A stretch of DNA of 64,000 nucleotides, from positions 160,001 to 224,000 of the forward strand of contig CAWCTR010000007.1 in the NCBI GenBank assembly GCA_963798485.1, in the 5' to 3' direction. Shown here one piece after another: positions 50,455 through 59,952 of the stretch; the stretch's first letter is position 1; each line of letters begins with the position of its first letter. The translations under genes and the position numbers were made by a program. The stretch comes from an uncultured delta proteobacterium. Lineage in GTDB: Bacteria; Desulfobacterota; Desulfomonilia; UBA1062. The notes under the pieces are model-generated. The model was not told where the DNA came from, made no database searches, and saw only the letters and a program-made list of their open reading frames with translations.

Positions 50455-51420
50455 ATGGAAAAGAAGATCTTCATTATCAATGAATCGGATCAGGGAAATA
50501 GTACACAGGACACCTTCGAGCTTATCTCCTTTGCCAGGGAACTCTCATGCGTGCAATTGCCTACCATCATTCTCCTTGGCAGCCGCATTGAAGCACAGGC
50601 CAAGGAACTCTCCGAGAAGACCGGATGTGATACGATCGCCGTCACGGGTGGCCATCTTGGCCTCTTCAATGCCCAGGCATACTGCCATGCAATCATGGAT
50701 ATTCTTCCCCCAAAAACCCCCTTATGGGTGTGTCTGCCCCATACCTCCATGGGTTATGACCTTGCCCCCCTGCTCGCGGTCAAGCTGAATGCCGCCTGCA
50801 TAACGGCAGTTGATGGCATACAGAGAGGGGCATTAAGCAGGTCTATCTATTCAGGCCGATTCACCATAGATATCATCCCTTGGACACCGACAGCGGTTGT
50901 CACGGTGGTCCCGGGGGCCTTCGAGTCTTTTGCACCGGGAATGCCCCTTCCCGGCTCAATAAGGATGGTTCAAGCCTCTTTTCCCGCCCTGAAATCAAAG
51001 ACCCTTGGAATACAGGAACCCTTGCACCGTGACAGCACCTTGAAGGATGCCGAGGTGATCGTGTCTGCAGGTAGGGGAGTGGGGAAGAAAGAGAACATGG
51101 CACTTATCAAAGGGCTTGCAGCATTGTTCCCAAAGTCGGCAGTGGGGGCGTCTCGCCGGGTGTGCGATTCAGGCTGGCTTGAGTACCGGCACCAAGTCGG
51201 CACAACAGGCCAGACCGTTGCTCCCAAGCTGTACATCGCATGCGGGATTTCGGGCGCAATCCAGCATGTCTCGGGCATGAAAAAGGCCCAGAATATCATT
51301 GCCATCAATATCGACCCGAATGCAGCCATCTTCCATGTGGCACACATCTGCATTGTGGAGGACCTCGTTTCATTCATCCCAATTCTCATTGAGGAGATAA
51401 AGGGATTGGATTTGCTTTAA
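50455..51420 (+). CDS. etfA: Electron transfer flavoprotein alpha subunit
   Basis: VSAGRG, QVGTTG, LYIACGISGAIQH. Confidence 0.92.
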   Translation: MEKKIFIINESDQGNSTQDTFELISFARELSCVQLPTIILLGSRIEAQAKELSEKTGCDTIAVTGGHLGLFNAQAYCHAIMDILPPKTPLWVCLPHTSMGYDLAPLLAVKLNAACITAVDGIQRGALSRSIYSGRFTIDIIPWTPTAVVTVVPGAFESFAPGMPLPGSIRMVQASFPALKSKTLGIQEPLHRDSTLKDAEVIVSAGRGVGKKENMALIKGLAALFPKSAVGASRRVCDSGWLEYRHQVGTTGQTVAPKLYIACGISGAIQHVSGMKKAQNIIAINIDPNAAIFHVAHICIVEDLVSFIPILIEEIKGLDLL

Positions 51421-51470
51421 CAGGAGTTTCGGGATCCCGGGCGGGATACGCAGCCGATAATCAAGCAGCC

Positions 51471-53750
51471 TTACATACACGTAAGGGCATCTTTTATTGC
51501 TACACCTATCTTCTGGAGGAGATAGGGTTTCTTGATATAAGACACAGCGCCGATACGCAGGGCCTCTTTCACCCTGTCGGTATCGGAATATCCGCTTGCA
51601 ATAACAGCTTTCTGGCCGGGGTTCAGCTCAAGGACCCTCTTATAGGTTTCCAGGCCGTCGATCCCGGGACTCATGATCATATCAAGGACCAACAGATCGA
51701 CTCCTTTACCCTTTAAATATTCCAGGGCCTCCTCGCCACTTGAAACCGTCTCCACATGATAACCGAGACGCTCAAGGATCTTCGTGGCGATCTCGCGCTG
51801 CTCTTTCACATCATCCACCACCAGGATCTTTTCCCCGTTCCCTTTGTATTCATCAATGGAGACCTGGACATCTTCCTGCACAATCTGTTCCTGGGTGGAA
51901 GGGAAATAGAGGGTAAAGGTGGAGCCGATCCCCGGCTCACTGGACACCTCCAGATAACCGTCATGATCCTTGACCGTTCCCCACACTACGGCCATTCCAA
52001 GACCGGTTCCGCTCCTGCCCATGGCCTTCTTGGTATAGAACGGCTCAAAGATACGCTGCCGGTCCGCTTTGCTCATCCCAGTCCCGGTATCGGCTATGAC
52101 TAGGGTGATATAATTCCCCTCTTCGACGGCATCGTATCCCTGCAAGGGCTTATCGATGTATCTGTGTGTAGTTGATATCCTAATCATGCCGCCATCAGGC
52201 ATGGATTCTACGGCATTAACCACCAGGTTCATAACGGTCTTGAACAGGTGTACCGGTGATCCCATGATGTTCATCAGATTGGATTCCAGGGAAGTTTCGA
52301 TCTCTATACGCGGATTGATTGTCAAAATTCGTTCATGCTCAAGGCTGACCAGATATTCCGTGATGACCTGGTTCAGACTCACTACCTCTGAGATGGGTAC
52401 CCCCCTTCTGGCCAAGGTCAGGAGGTCCTGAACTATGGAGGCTGCCTTTTCTCCGGACTTCTGGATGGTGACAAGGGGTTTCCTCATGGGGCTGTCATCG
52501 GGTATCTCCATCAGGAGAAGCTCGGGATAGCTTACAAGCCCTGAAAGGATGTTGTTCAGATCGTGCGCAACTCCTCCGGCCAAGAGGCCGATTGCCTCCA
52601 TCTTCTGCGCCCTCTGGAGTTGGTCCTGAAGTTTCAGCCTTTCGCGCTCTGCAATCAGGCGCTCGGTGATATCCCGGGCAGAGCCTCGAACCCCCTTTGG
52701 GATTCCCCTTGCATCTCTGATGAGAGAGTTGCGATACTCGAAGATCCTCTCCCCGCTGCTTGTGATAACCCTTATGAGTCCTTCACTCCTTCCATGGTGA
52801 ATGATCTCAGTAAGGTACTTATCAAAAAGCGCCTTATACTCGTCAGGGATCAGTGTCCTGATGTTCAATACTACTGGGATTTGATCGTCTTCGCTCACAC
52901 CGAACGACTTTTTAAACCCCCCGTTCACTTCAATGAAATTCCCCTCCAAATCATGGGAGAACAGTGCGTCGGGTACATTTTTAAAGATGTCATGGAGCTT
53001 CTCTTCGCTCTCCCGGAGCGCATACTCCGCCTTGATTCGATCATCGATCTCGTGGCGTAATTTCTCGTTGGCCATCCCCAGGGCAAGATTTTTTTCCTTC
53101 AGGCGGATTTTAGCCTCCTGGAGGACCTTTGAGGTATAGGAAGCCATGAGTGCAATGACAAAGAGTAAGGCTGTCAGGAAACAGAGAATAAAGACAACTA
53201 GATGCCATGGATAGTTATACACGAAGATCATGTCCTGATGAGGTATATATCCAAAATGCTCCAGGGCAACCATAGTGCCGAAAGATAGCGAGCAGAAACC
53301 TGCCAGGATAAACGGATAGCGCATGGGGGCCTGTACCCCGACATAGAAGATCATTGCTGCATAGATCGGGGTGAGATAGGTGGACCTGAAACCACCGACA
53401 AAATAAATGAACCCGGTATACCCGAGTATCTCAAGGACATTGATAAGGAACGAAAACTGCTCATAGAGCACCTTTCGTCTGATGCGGCGAAGTATCGCAA
53501 GCATGGGGATATTCATTAAGATGATGTAGGCATTAACAATGCTTGCTCCCTCAAATGAAACCTTACTTATTATTCCAAACCAGTATGCAGTGAAGGTGAG
53601 CAGCCAGATAAAGACACTGGCGCCGGAACGGACAAATGCCCCCTGGAGGTGGGTCTTATTTAGACGATTCAACTTCTTTGGCATTAAGAAGCGGTTATCA
53701 TGATCATCTTTAAAGACCAATTCGCTGTTTCCTTGGTCTGGGTGGCGCAT
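51471..53750 (-). CDS. Membrane PAS hybrid sensor histidine kinase with receiver domain
   Basis: TM region, PAS, AGGVAHDLNN H-box, GTGLG, LVVDD..VLDM..KP. Confidence 0.93.
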   Translation of the reverse strand: MRHPDQGNSELVFKDDHDNRFLMPKKLNRLNKTHLQGAFVRSGASVFIWLLTFTAYWFGIISKVSFEGASIVNAYIILMNIPMLAILRRIRRKVLYEQFSFLINVLEILGYTGFIYFVGGFRSTYLTPIYAAMIFYVGVQAPMRYPFILAGFCSLSFGTMVALEHFGYIPHQDMIFVYNYPWHLVVFILCFLTALLFVIALMASYTSKVLQEAKIRLKEKNLALGMANEKLRHEIDDRIKAEYALRESEEKLHDIFKNVPDALFSHDLEGNFIEVNGGFKKSFGVSEDDQIPVVLNIRTLIPDEYKALFDKYLTEIIHHGRSEGLIRVITSSGERIFEYRNSLIRDARGIPKGVRGSARDITERLIAERERLKLQDQLQRAQKMEAIGLLAGGVAHDLNNILSGLVSYPELLLMEIPDDSPMRKPLVTIQKSGEKAASIVQDLLTLARRGVPISEVVSLNQVITEYLVSLEHERILTINPRIEIETSLESNLMNIMGSPVHLFKTVMNLVVNAVESMPDGGMIRISTTHRYIDKPLQGYDAVEEGNYITLVIADTGTGMSKADRQRIFEPFYTKKAMGRSGTGLGMAVVWGTVKDHDGYLEVSSEPGIGSTFTLYFPSTQEQIVQEDVQVSIDEYKGNGEKILVVDDVKEQREIATKILERLGYHVETVSSGEEALEYLKGKGVDLLVLDMIMSPGIDGLETYKRVLELNPGQKAVIASGYSDTDRVKEALRIGAVSYIKKPYLLQKIGVAIKDALTCM

Positions 53751-53963
53751 TGTCCTTTATCCTCCTATTACAGGAACATTGAGAGAGATTGCCCCCAATA
53801 AACTCATTTCACAATACAATTATTTAAATTCTTATCGTCACTTTTTTTATCGATCTTGAGATGATTTTACTATTATATTTTTTTCTATCCTGAACCGGCT
53901 TTCTCATGGCAAGTGAATGTGTGGATTAAAAAGGTTATTTATCTCCAAGAGAAGGATGAACTT

Positions 53964-54482
53964 ATGGCAATCTTCGAATTCAACGGCAAGGTCCCTCTGG
54001 TGGGCGAAGGGACATGGATCGCACAGAGCGCTGAGATTATTGGCGACGTGAGGATAGGTAAAAACTGCTGGATCGGGCCCTGCGCTGTGATCAGAGGTGA
54101 TTTTGGGACCATATTAATTGGTGATGAAACCGCTGTTGAAGACGGGGTAGTCATCCATACACCTTCCATCATGACAATCGGGCAACGGGTGACCATCGGC
54201 CACCTTGCCACGGTACATGGCAGCATCATCAAGGACTATGCCGTGATCGGTATGAACTCAACCCTTGGCGATAACGCCCAGGTTGGGTCCTGGTCCATCG
54301 TTGCAGAGCATTCTTTGGTGAAAAAGAACCAGGTGGTCCCGGACTATAAACTGTATGCCGGTTCTCCTGCTGTTGAAAAGGGAGACATCAGTCAAATATA
54401 TAAGGAGGTCATGGAGGCGGGAAAACAGATGTATGTTGAACTCGTGAAGCAATATAAAAACACCTTGAAAAGGATCGGCTGA
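53964..54482 (+). CDS. Gamma-carbonic-anhydrase-like hexapeptide repeat protein
   Basis: AEIIGDV.IG, IRGD, VTIGH.ATVHG. Confidence 0.88.
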   Translation: MAIFEFNGKVPLVGEGTWIAQSAEIIGDVRIGKNCWIGPCAVIRGDFGTILIGDETAVEDGVVIHTPSIMTIGQRVTIGHLATVHGSIIKDYAVIGMNSTLGDNAQVGSWSIVAEHSLVKKNQVVPDYKLYAGSPAVEKGDISQIYKEVMEAGKQMYVELVKQYKNTLKRIG

Positions 54483-54621
54483 CCCGGCATAATTCTTTTT
54501 GAAACAATCGATCGCTGCCATGCATCCTGAGCCTTAATAATATTTCTTTTTCTTAGGGACGCTTGCCTGAATGACTGAACATAGGTATCATATGTTCATC
54601 TTGCAATGTGAGGAGGTTCGC

Positions 54622-55245
54622 ATGAATCACCCGGAAGCTACTGCCATGGCCCTTTCCATACTAAGATCCGGCAACCCTTTCCAGTGGTATGTGATCACAT
54701 TGCTGGCCCTGACGCTTTATGTCTATATCAACGAGATCTCCCAAAAGAACTGGAAGGGCATCGCAGCCGGGCTTTCCTTGTACATGGTTCATTGGTTTGT
54801 GGAGATCGTCAATGCCCTGATCCAGCACTTCTCCGGGCATGCCCTCTGGACCGTTCCATCAGGGACTGCGTTCCTGATCCTGGTGGGGGTAGGTGTTGAG
54901 ATAAGCCTCATGTTCTCAATAGCAGGGCTCATCCTGAGCAAGCTCTTGCCCGAAGACCCCAACATGAAAATCTTCGGCATAAACAACCGGCTGGTATTTG
55001 CCATCGGCAATGCCGCGTTCTATTCGATCTTCGAGATCTTCCTTGTTAAAACCCCGACCTTTGTATGGGTTTATCCATGGTGGGGGTCTTTCCCGGTCTT
55101 TATAACGGTTTATATCCCGTTCTTCCTGGCAGCATTCTATGCTTATGACTGGGCGCCAAGGACGCAGAAACTGTTTATCGGGACACTCTTTGCGATCAAT
55201 GCCGTGTCACTGATTCTCTTTGCAGGGATCCTCAGATGGATATAG
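54622..55245 (+). CDS. Conserved integral membrane protein
   Basis: GAGGAGG RBS; about six hydrophobic helices. Confidence 0.75.
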   Translation: MNHPEATAMALSILRSGNPFQWYVITLLALTLYVYINEISQKNWKGIAAGLSLYMVHWFVEIVNALIQHFSGHALWTVPSGTAFLILVGVGVEISLMFSIAGLILSKLLPEDPNMKIFGINNRLVFAIGNAAFYSIFEIFLVKTPTFVWVYPWWGSFPVFITVYIPFFLAAFYAYDWAPRTQKLFIGTLFAINAVSLILFAGILRWI

Positions 55246-55339
55246 CCAGACACATGCGGGTTCATGCGATCAAAGTATGCCCAACACCTTAAGGCATTAA
55301 ACATAAGGCCTCAGGGTTGGGCACCTGTGGAATTGTCGA

Positions 55340-55915
55340 TTACCAGTTCTCGCCGAGGAGCTCGAAGTAATCCTTCGGATGTGCACAGGCAGGGCAAGCC
55401 CCGGGTGCCTCGGCGCCTTCGAAGAGGTATCCGCAGTTGCGGCATCTCCATACAACCGCCTTATCTCTCTTGAAGACCCTTCCGGCCTCGATATTCCCGG
55501 CAAGGTCGTTGTAGCGCTTCTCATGCTGTCTTTCTGCAACCGAAATGGCCTCCCAGACCTTTGCAATTGTCTCGAACCCTTCTTCCCGTGCTATCTTGGC
55601 AAATCCAGGGTACAACACTGTCTGCTCAAGGTGCTCTCCTGCAGCCGCAGCCTTAAGGTTCTCCAGGGTAGATCCGATAACCCCGGACGGGAAGCTTGCC
55701 TGGATCTCGAGATCTCCCCCTTCGAGGAAACTGAAGAATCTCTTGGCATGTTCCTTTTCCTGGTTTGCCGTCTCCTCAAAGATATCGGCTATCTGGATGA
55801 AGCCTTCTTTCCTGGCCTTGCTGGCAAAATACGTGTACCGGTTCCTCGCCTGGGATTCACCGGCAAATGAGCCCAGAAGATTTTTTTCGGTCCGTGAACC
55901 CTTTAACTTTCCCAT
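55340..55915 (-). CDS. rbr: Rubrerythrin
   Basis: FAGESQARNRY, EKEH, E..H, CRNC..CPAC. Confidence 0.95.
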   Translation of the reverse strand: MGKLKGSRTEKNLLGSFAGESQARNRYTYFASKARKEGFIQIADIFEETANQEKEHAKRFFSFLEGGDLEIQASFPSGVIGSTLENLKAAAAGEHLEQTVLYPGFAKIAREEGFETIAKVWEAISVAERQHEKRYNDLAGNIEAGRVFKRDKAVVWRCRNCGYLFEGAEAPGACPACAHPKDYFELLGENW

Positions 55916-55949
55916 ATATTCCTCCTTAACAGTAGTGTTCGTTTCGTTA

Positions 55950-56390
55950 TTATGAATAAACCTTTGCTCCATCAATCTTGTGAACGGCCATCTTTTTTTT
56001 ACATTTTGGACAGATGCCCTGAAAATCCATCTCACAACCCAGCACTTCATAGCCGCTTTGGCTGCTTACAATATCCTTAATAGTAAGAGTGCTCATAGCC
56101 GGATTCAAGGGAACATCATCCACCTTGGCGCAGGAGATGCATCGAATATGCGAGTGATCATCCGTCACGGCATCGAATCTTCTCTGTCCTTGACCCATAT
56201 CAAGCCTCCGGATTTGTCCGCCGGAAGAGAGCTGATCGAGGTTTCTATATACTGTTCCGAGGCTGATCCGGGGGAGTCTCGATTTAACCATCTCGTAAAC
56301 ATCATATGCAGTAGGATGATTTTTCACCTTGCTCAACTCTTCAAGGACAACCCTCTTCTGTTTTGTCATCCTCTGTTGTCTCTTGCTCAT
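55950..56390 (-). CDS. perR: Fur-family regulator (PerR-like)
   Basis: HPTA, SLGTVYRNL, HSH.RCISC, CPKC; directly upstream of rbr. Confidence 0.75.
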   Translation of the reverse strand: MSKRQQRMTKQKRVVLEELSKVKNHPTAYDVYEMVKSRLPRISLGTVYRNLDQLSSGGQIRRLDMGQGQRRFDAVTDDHSHIRCISCAKVDDVPLNPAMSTLTIKDIVSSQSGYEVLGCEMDFQGICPKCKKKMAVHKIDGAKVYS

Positions 56391-56437
56391 ATTACCCCCG
56401 GCAAACCCGGAAATTAGTACCAAGAAATCCAAGTTTA

Positions 56438-56457
56438 TTGATAATAGTTACTATTAA
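56438..56457. promoter_or_regulatory. Fur/PerR-type box
   Basis: TTGATAATAGTTACTATTAA containing the TAATAGT-T-ACTATTA palindrome, between perR and ccdA. Confidence 0.6.
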
Positions 56458-56564
56458 CTAGTCCTCATGTCAAGACCCCTTATTGTATGTTAATAAGAAA
56501 CAGAGCTGAAAAAAGTAATACAAGATTGTTGATAAAGGTCCTTTATGATACATTCTCGCCGGAT

Positions 56565-57275
56565 ATGCTCGAAAATCTTTCAACCGGTCTTGAATCATAC
56601 CTGCACGGGTCTGTGTTGCTGGCTTATATTTCAGCCTATATCGGCGGGGTCCTGGTGAGCTTCACCCCGTGCATGTACCCACTCCTGCCCATTACCGTGT
56701 CATTTATCGCCTCGCGGAAAAAATCTTCACGCAGCAACGGCTTTACCCTCTCTCTCGTGTATGTACTCGGCACATCGCTGACATACACCATCCTCGGAAG
56801 CATTGCAGGCCTCACGGGAGGATTCTTCGGTACAATCCAGACCAGCCCGTGGATAAACCTCTTTATCGCCAATGTCTTCATCCTTATGGGCCTGTCCATG
56901 CTTGATGTATTCTTTATCCCCCTGCCGCGGATCTTCAGCAGCCCTCTTTTCACAACTCAAAAGAAGGGCCTTTTTGGGGCACTGCTCCTTGGTATCGCTT
57001 CGGGCCTCATTATGAGCCCCTGTTCAGCCCCGGTACTGGCCGTTCTTTTAAGCTATGTGGCAACCAAGCAGCATGTTATCTTCGGCATGAGCCTGCTCTT
57101 TGTCTTTGCCTTTGGGATGGGTACGCTCCTCATTATCCTCGGCACGTTCACCGGCCTTTTGACAAGCATACCCAAGTCCGGACCGTGGATGGTTTGGATC
57201 CAAAAGGTCTTTGGATTCATCTTTATTGTATTGGCAGAATACTTTCTCATTACAGCGGGCAAATTTTGGATTTAA
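56565..57275 (+). CDS. ccdA: Cytochrome c biogenesis CcdA/DsbD transmembrane protein
   Basis: SFTPCMYP..P and SPCSAP motifs. Confidence 0.85.
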   Translation: MLENLSTGLESYLHGSVLLAYISAYIGGVLVSFTPCMYPLLPITVSFIASRKKSSRSNGFTLSLVYVLGTSLTYTILGSIAGLTGGFFGTIQTSPWINLFIANVFILMGLSMLDVFFIPLPRIFSSPLFTTQKKGLFGALLLGIASGLIMSPCSAPVLAVLLSYVATKQHVIFGMSLLFVFAFGMGTLLIILGTFTGLLTSIPKSGPWMVWIQKVFGFIFIVLAEYFLITAGKFWI

Positions 57276-57292
57276 AAAGGAGTTCCCTCATT

Positions 57293-57820
57293 ATGAAACC
57301 TAAGGTCTGTTTGGCTGTCCTTGCCTCTGTCCTCTTTATTCTCATAGCATGGAATGCAACCACCCATGATGTCCTGGCCGGTGAGACGGGCATTCAAAAG
57401 ATCAGCGTAAATCAGCCAGCCCCCCTGGCCCCCAATTTTACCTTGAAGGATCTCAGCGGTAAGACCAGATCATTGAAAGACTATCGGGGTAAGATCGTGC
57501 TCCTCGACTTCACCACTACCTGGTGCCCGTACTGCAAAAAAGACATCCCGAATTTGAAGAAGCTCTATACTTCAATGAAGGGTAAGGACTTTGAGCTTAT
57601 ATCGATTTATGTGGCGGAATCACCGAAAAAGGTTGCCTCTTTTGTTGAGAAATACGCACTTCCCTACACCATCCTTGTTGACAGCGAAGCCTCTGTTGCA
57701 CGCGCCTACGGTATACGAGGAGTGCCCACCAAGATCGTAGTGGCAAAAAGCGGGCTTATCAGCTGCTGGCAATGTACTTCGGCTGAGGACAAGATCGATG
57801 AGCTTCTGAAGGCGAAGTAA
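57293..57820 (+). CDS. TlpA/ResA-like thiol-disulfide oxidoreductase
   Basis: APNFTLKDL, TWCPYC, GVP. Confidence 0.88.
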   Translation: MKPKVCLAVLASVLFILIAWNATTHDVLAGETGIQKISVNQPAPLAPNFTLKDLSGKTRSLKDYRGKIVLLDFTTTWCPYCKKDIPNLKKLYTSMKGKDFELISIYVAESPKKVASFVEKYALPYTILVDSEASVARAYGIRGVPTKIVVAKSGLISCWQCTSAEDKIDELLKAK

Positions 57821-58008
57821 AAACCTATTGAGGCATGGGCACACCCATACAAACGGCATAAGATACTACGTCCACCTTTGCTTGTGAATTTGTTATGATC
57901 TTGGAATGTAATCTACAAAATGGAATAAAAAATGCATTCTGCATAGGTAATGGATATAAGCAGCAGCAATTGTCTGTATAAGCCAGTTAATGGGAGGACC
58001 AGCACATT

Positions 58009-59823
58009 TTGATACAGGAGGGTAGGAAATATTTGCCGCTCAATCAAAGGATCTCCTTGGAGGCGTTGGTCTTCAACAAGACGAAGGGTAATCGTCAAGA
58101 ACAGCTTGAGGAGGCGAAGAAGATTTGCGCCGATATTTTGCGCGAAAATCCTGCGAATCCTGTCTTCATTTGCATGCGAGGCATCATCGACTTTCATCTG
58201 GGACAGACGAAAGAGGCAGAGGCTTGGATGGAAAAGGCCTTGATACTCGCGCCTCAATCAACCATGATCATCTATAACTATGCTATGGTACTGATGGCCC
58301 AGAAGAAGTTTGCCGTCGCTTTACCTCTCATGATGCGTGTTGTCGCTCTTAAACCGGATCATGCCGAAGCCTATTGGCATATTGGTATTGCTTTAAGAGA
58401 AACCGGTGATTCGGGGGGCGCTTTGGCGGCTTTTAACAAGGCGCTGGAAATTAACCCGCAAGATGCTGAGGTTTTGAGCGATAAGGGAACGATGCTGAAA
58501 GAAATAGGCCGTCTGCCCGAAGCGGCCACTTGCTACGAACAGGCCTTGACCCTCAAGCCGAACCATTATGGGGTCATCAATAATCTTGGCGCCATCCATT
58601 TTCTGCAAAACGATCTGGATGGCGCTGCGGCATTATATCAGGAGGCTCTCGCCGTTCATCCTGCGTGTCCCGAAGTTCTCAGTAATCTGAGCGTGATCCG
58701 GCGATTAAAAGGCGATCTTGATGATGCGATCCTTCATTGCCAGAAAGCCTTGGCCTTACGTCCGGATTATCCGGATGCTCTCAACAACCTCGGCAACGCA
58801 TTGAAGGATGCCAGACGCTTTGAGGAAGCTATTGTGGTTTATAAAGAGGCTTTATGCCTCGAACCGGACAATGCCGAAGTTCACAAAAATCTTGCGATAG
58901 CCTTGTTGGCTTTGGGGCGCTTCGACGAAGGATGGCGCGAGTATGAATGGCGCTGGAAATTGAAGCAACTTCGCCATGCCTTCCGGGATTTCGCCCAGCC
59001 TGAGTGGCAAGGCGAAGCCGGCGAAGGGCGAACCCTTCTGATCCACGCCGAGCAGGGATTCGGCGACACCTTGCAATTCTGCCGCTATGTGCCTCTCGTC
59101 AAAGAACGCGGATTCCATGTAGTGATAGAGGTGCCGTTGCCGTTGAAGCGGATCATTCATTCTTTGGATGGTGTCGAAAAGGTTGTGACCACAGGCGATG
59201 TCATTCCACCTTTCGATCTTCACTGTCCAATGATGCACCTGCCCCTGGCATTTCATACAACCCTCGAGACGATACCGGCCAAGCTTCCCTATCTGAGACC
59301 CGACCCAGCCGATTTGATCAAATGGCGGGATCGAGTTGCGGCATTGGCGAACAACGCTTTAAAAGTCGGAATCGTATGGGCGGGAAGTTCGCGCGCCCAT
59401 ATGCACTCGCCCGATATTATCGCGACGGACCAGAAAAGATCGGTTGCACCAGAGGTTCTGGCTCCTTTGATGGACGTGCCGAACGTGCAATTCTTCTCCC
59501 TTCAGAAAGAAGGATCGCGAGCCCCCGACGCCTTTCATCTGATTGATTGGATGTCAGACTGCCGCGATTTTGCCGACACGGCAGCGCTCATTATGAATCT
59601 GGATCTTGTTATCAGCGTCGACACGGCCGTCGCTCATTTGGCGGGGGCCTTGGGTAAGCCGGTGTGGCTCTTGAACCGGTTCAACAGCTGTTGGCGCTGG
59701 TTCATCGAACGCGACGACAGTCCATGGTATCCCGGTACACTCCGTCTTTTCTATCAGAAAGAAATAGGCAATTGGGATGAAGTCGTAATGTGCGTCCGTG
59801 CCGCCTTTGCGGAAAGGCAATAA
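58009..59823 (+). CDS. TPR-repeat protein with C-terminal glycosyltransferase-like domain
   Basis: Multiple TPRs; GW.EYEWRW, AEQGFGD, DLVISVDTAVAHLAGALG, SPWY; start uncertain. Confidence 0.88.
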   Translation: MIQEGRKYLPLNQRISLEALVFNKTKGNRQEQLEEAKKICADILRENPANPVFICMRGIIDFHLGQTKEAEAWMEKALILAPQSTMIIYNYAMVLMAQKKFAVALPLMMRVVALKPDHAEAYWHIGIALRETGDSGGALAAFNKALEINPQDAEVLSDKGTMLKEIGRLPEAATCYEQALTLKPNHYGVINNLGAIHFLQNDLDGAAALYQEALAVHPACPEVLSNLSVIRRLKGDLDDAILHCQKALALRPDYPDALNNLGNALKDARRFEEAIVVYKEALCLEPDNAEVHKNLAIALLALGRFDEGWREYEWRWKLKQLRHAFRDFAQPEWQGEAGEGRTLLIHAEQGFGDTLQFCRYVPLVKERGFHVVIEVPLPLKRIIHSLDGVEKVVTTGDVIPPFDLHCPMMHLPLAFHTTLETIPAKLPYLRPDPADLIKWRDRVAALANNALKVGIVWAGSSRAHMHSPDIIATDQKRSVAPEVLAPLMDVPNVQFFSLQKEGSRAPDAFHLIDWMSDCRDFADTAALIMNLDLVISVDTAVAHLAGALGKPVWLLNRFNSCWRWFIERDDSPWYPGTLRLFYQKEIGNWDEVVMCVRAAFAERQ

Positions 59824-59952
59824 ACCTTCAGTATAGGCAAACGTTGGTTGTTACACGATAGGTACACTTTTACATGACAGCCAGGAAGTGTCTATACCTC
59901 ATTACGCTCTTTCAACTTAAAGAGTATGCTTGATCCGGATGAACCGGAACTA

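Noticed and set aside
53832-53859. Sigma28-like promoter upstream of the hybrid kinase (TCAA-N16-GACGATAA)
   Set aside because: Spacing is off by one in AT-rich DNA; too weak to list as a feature
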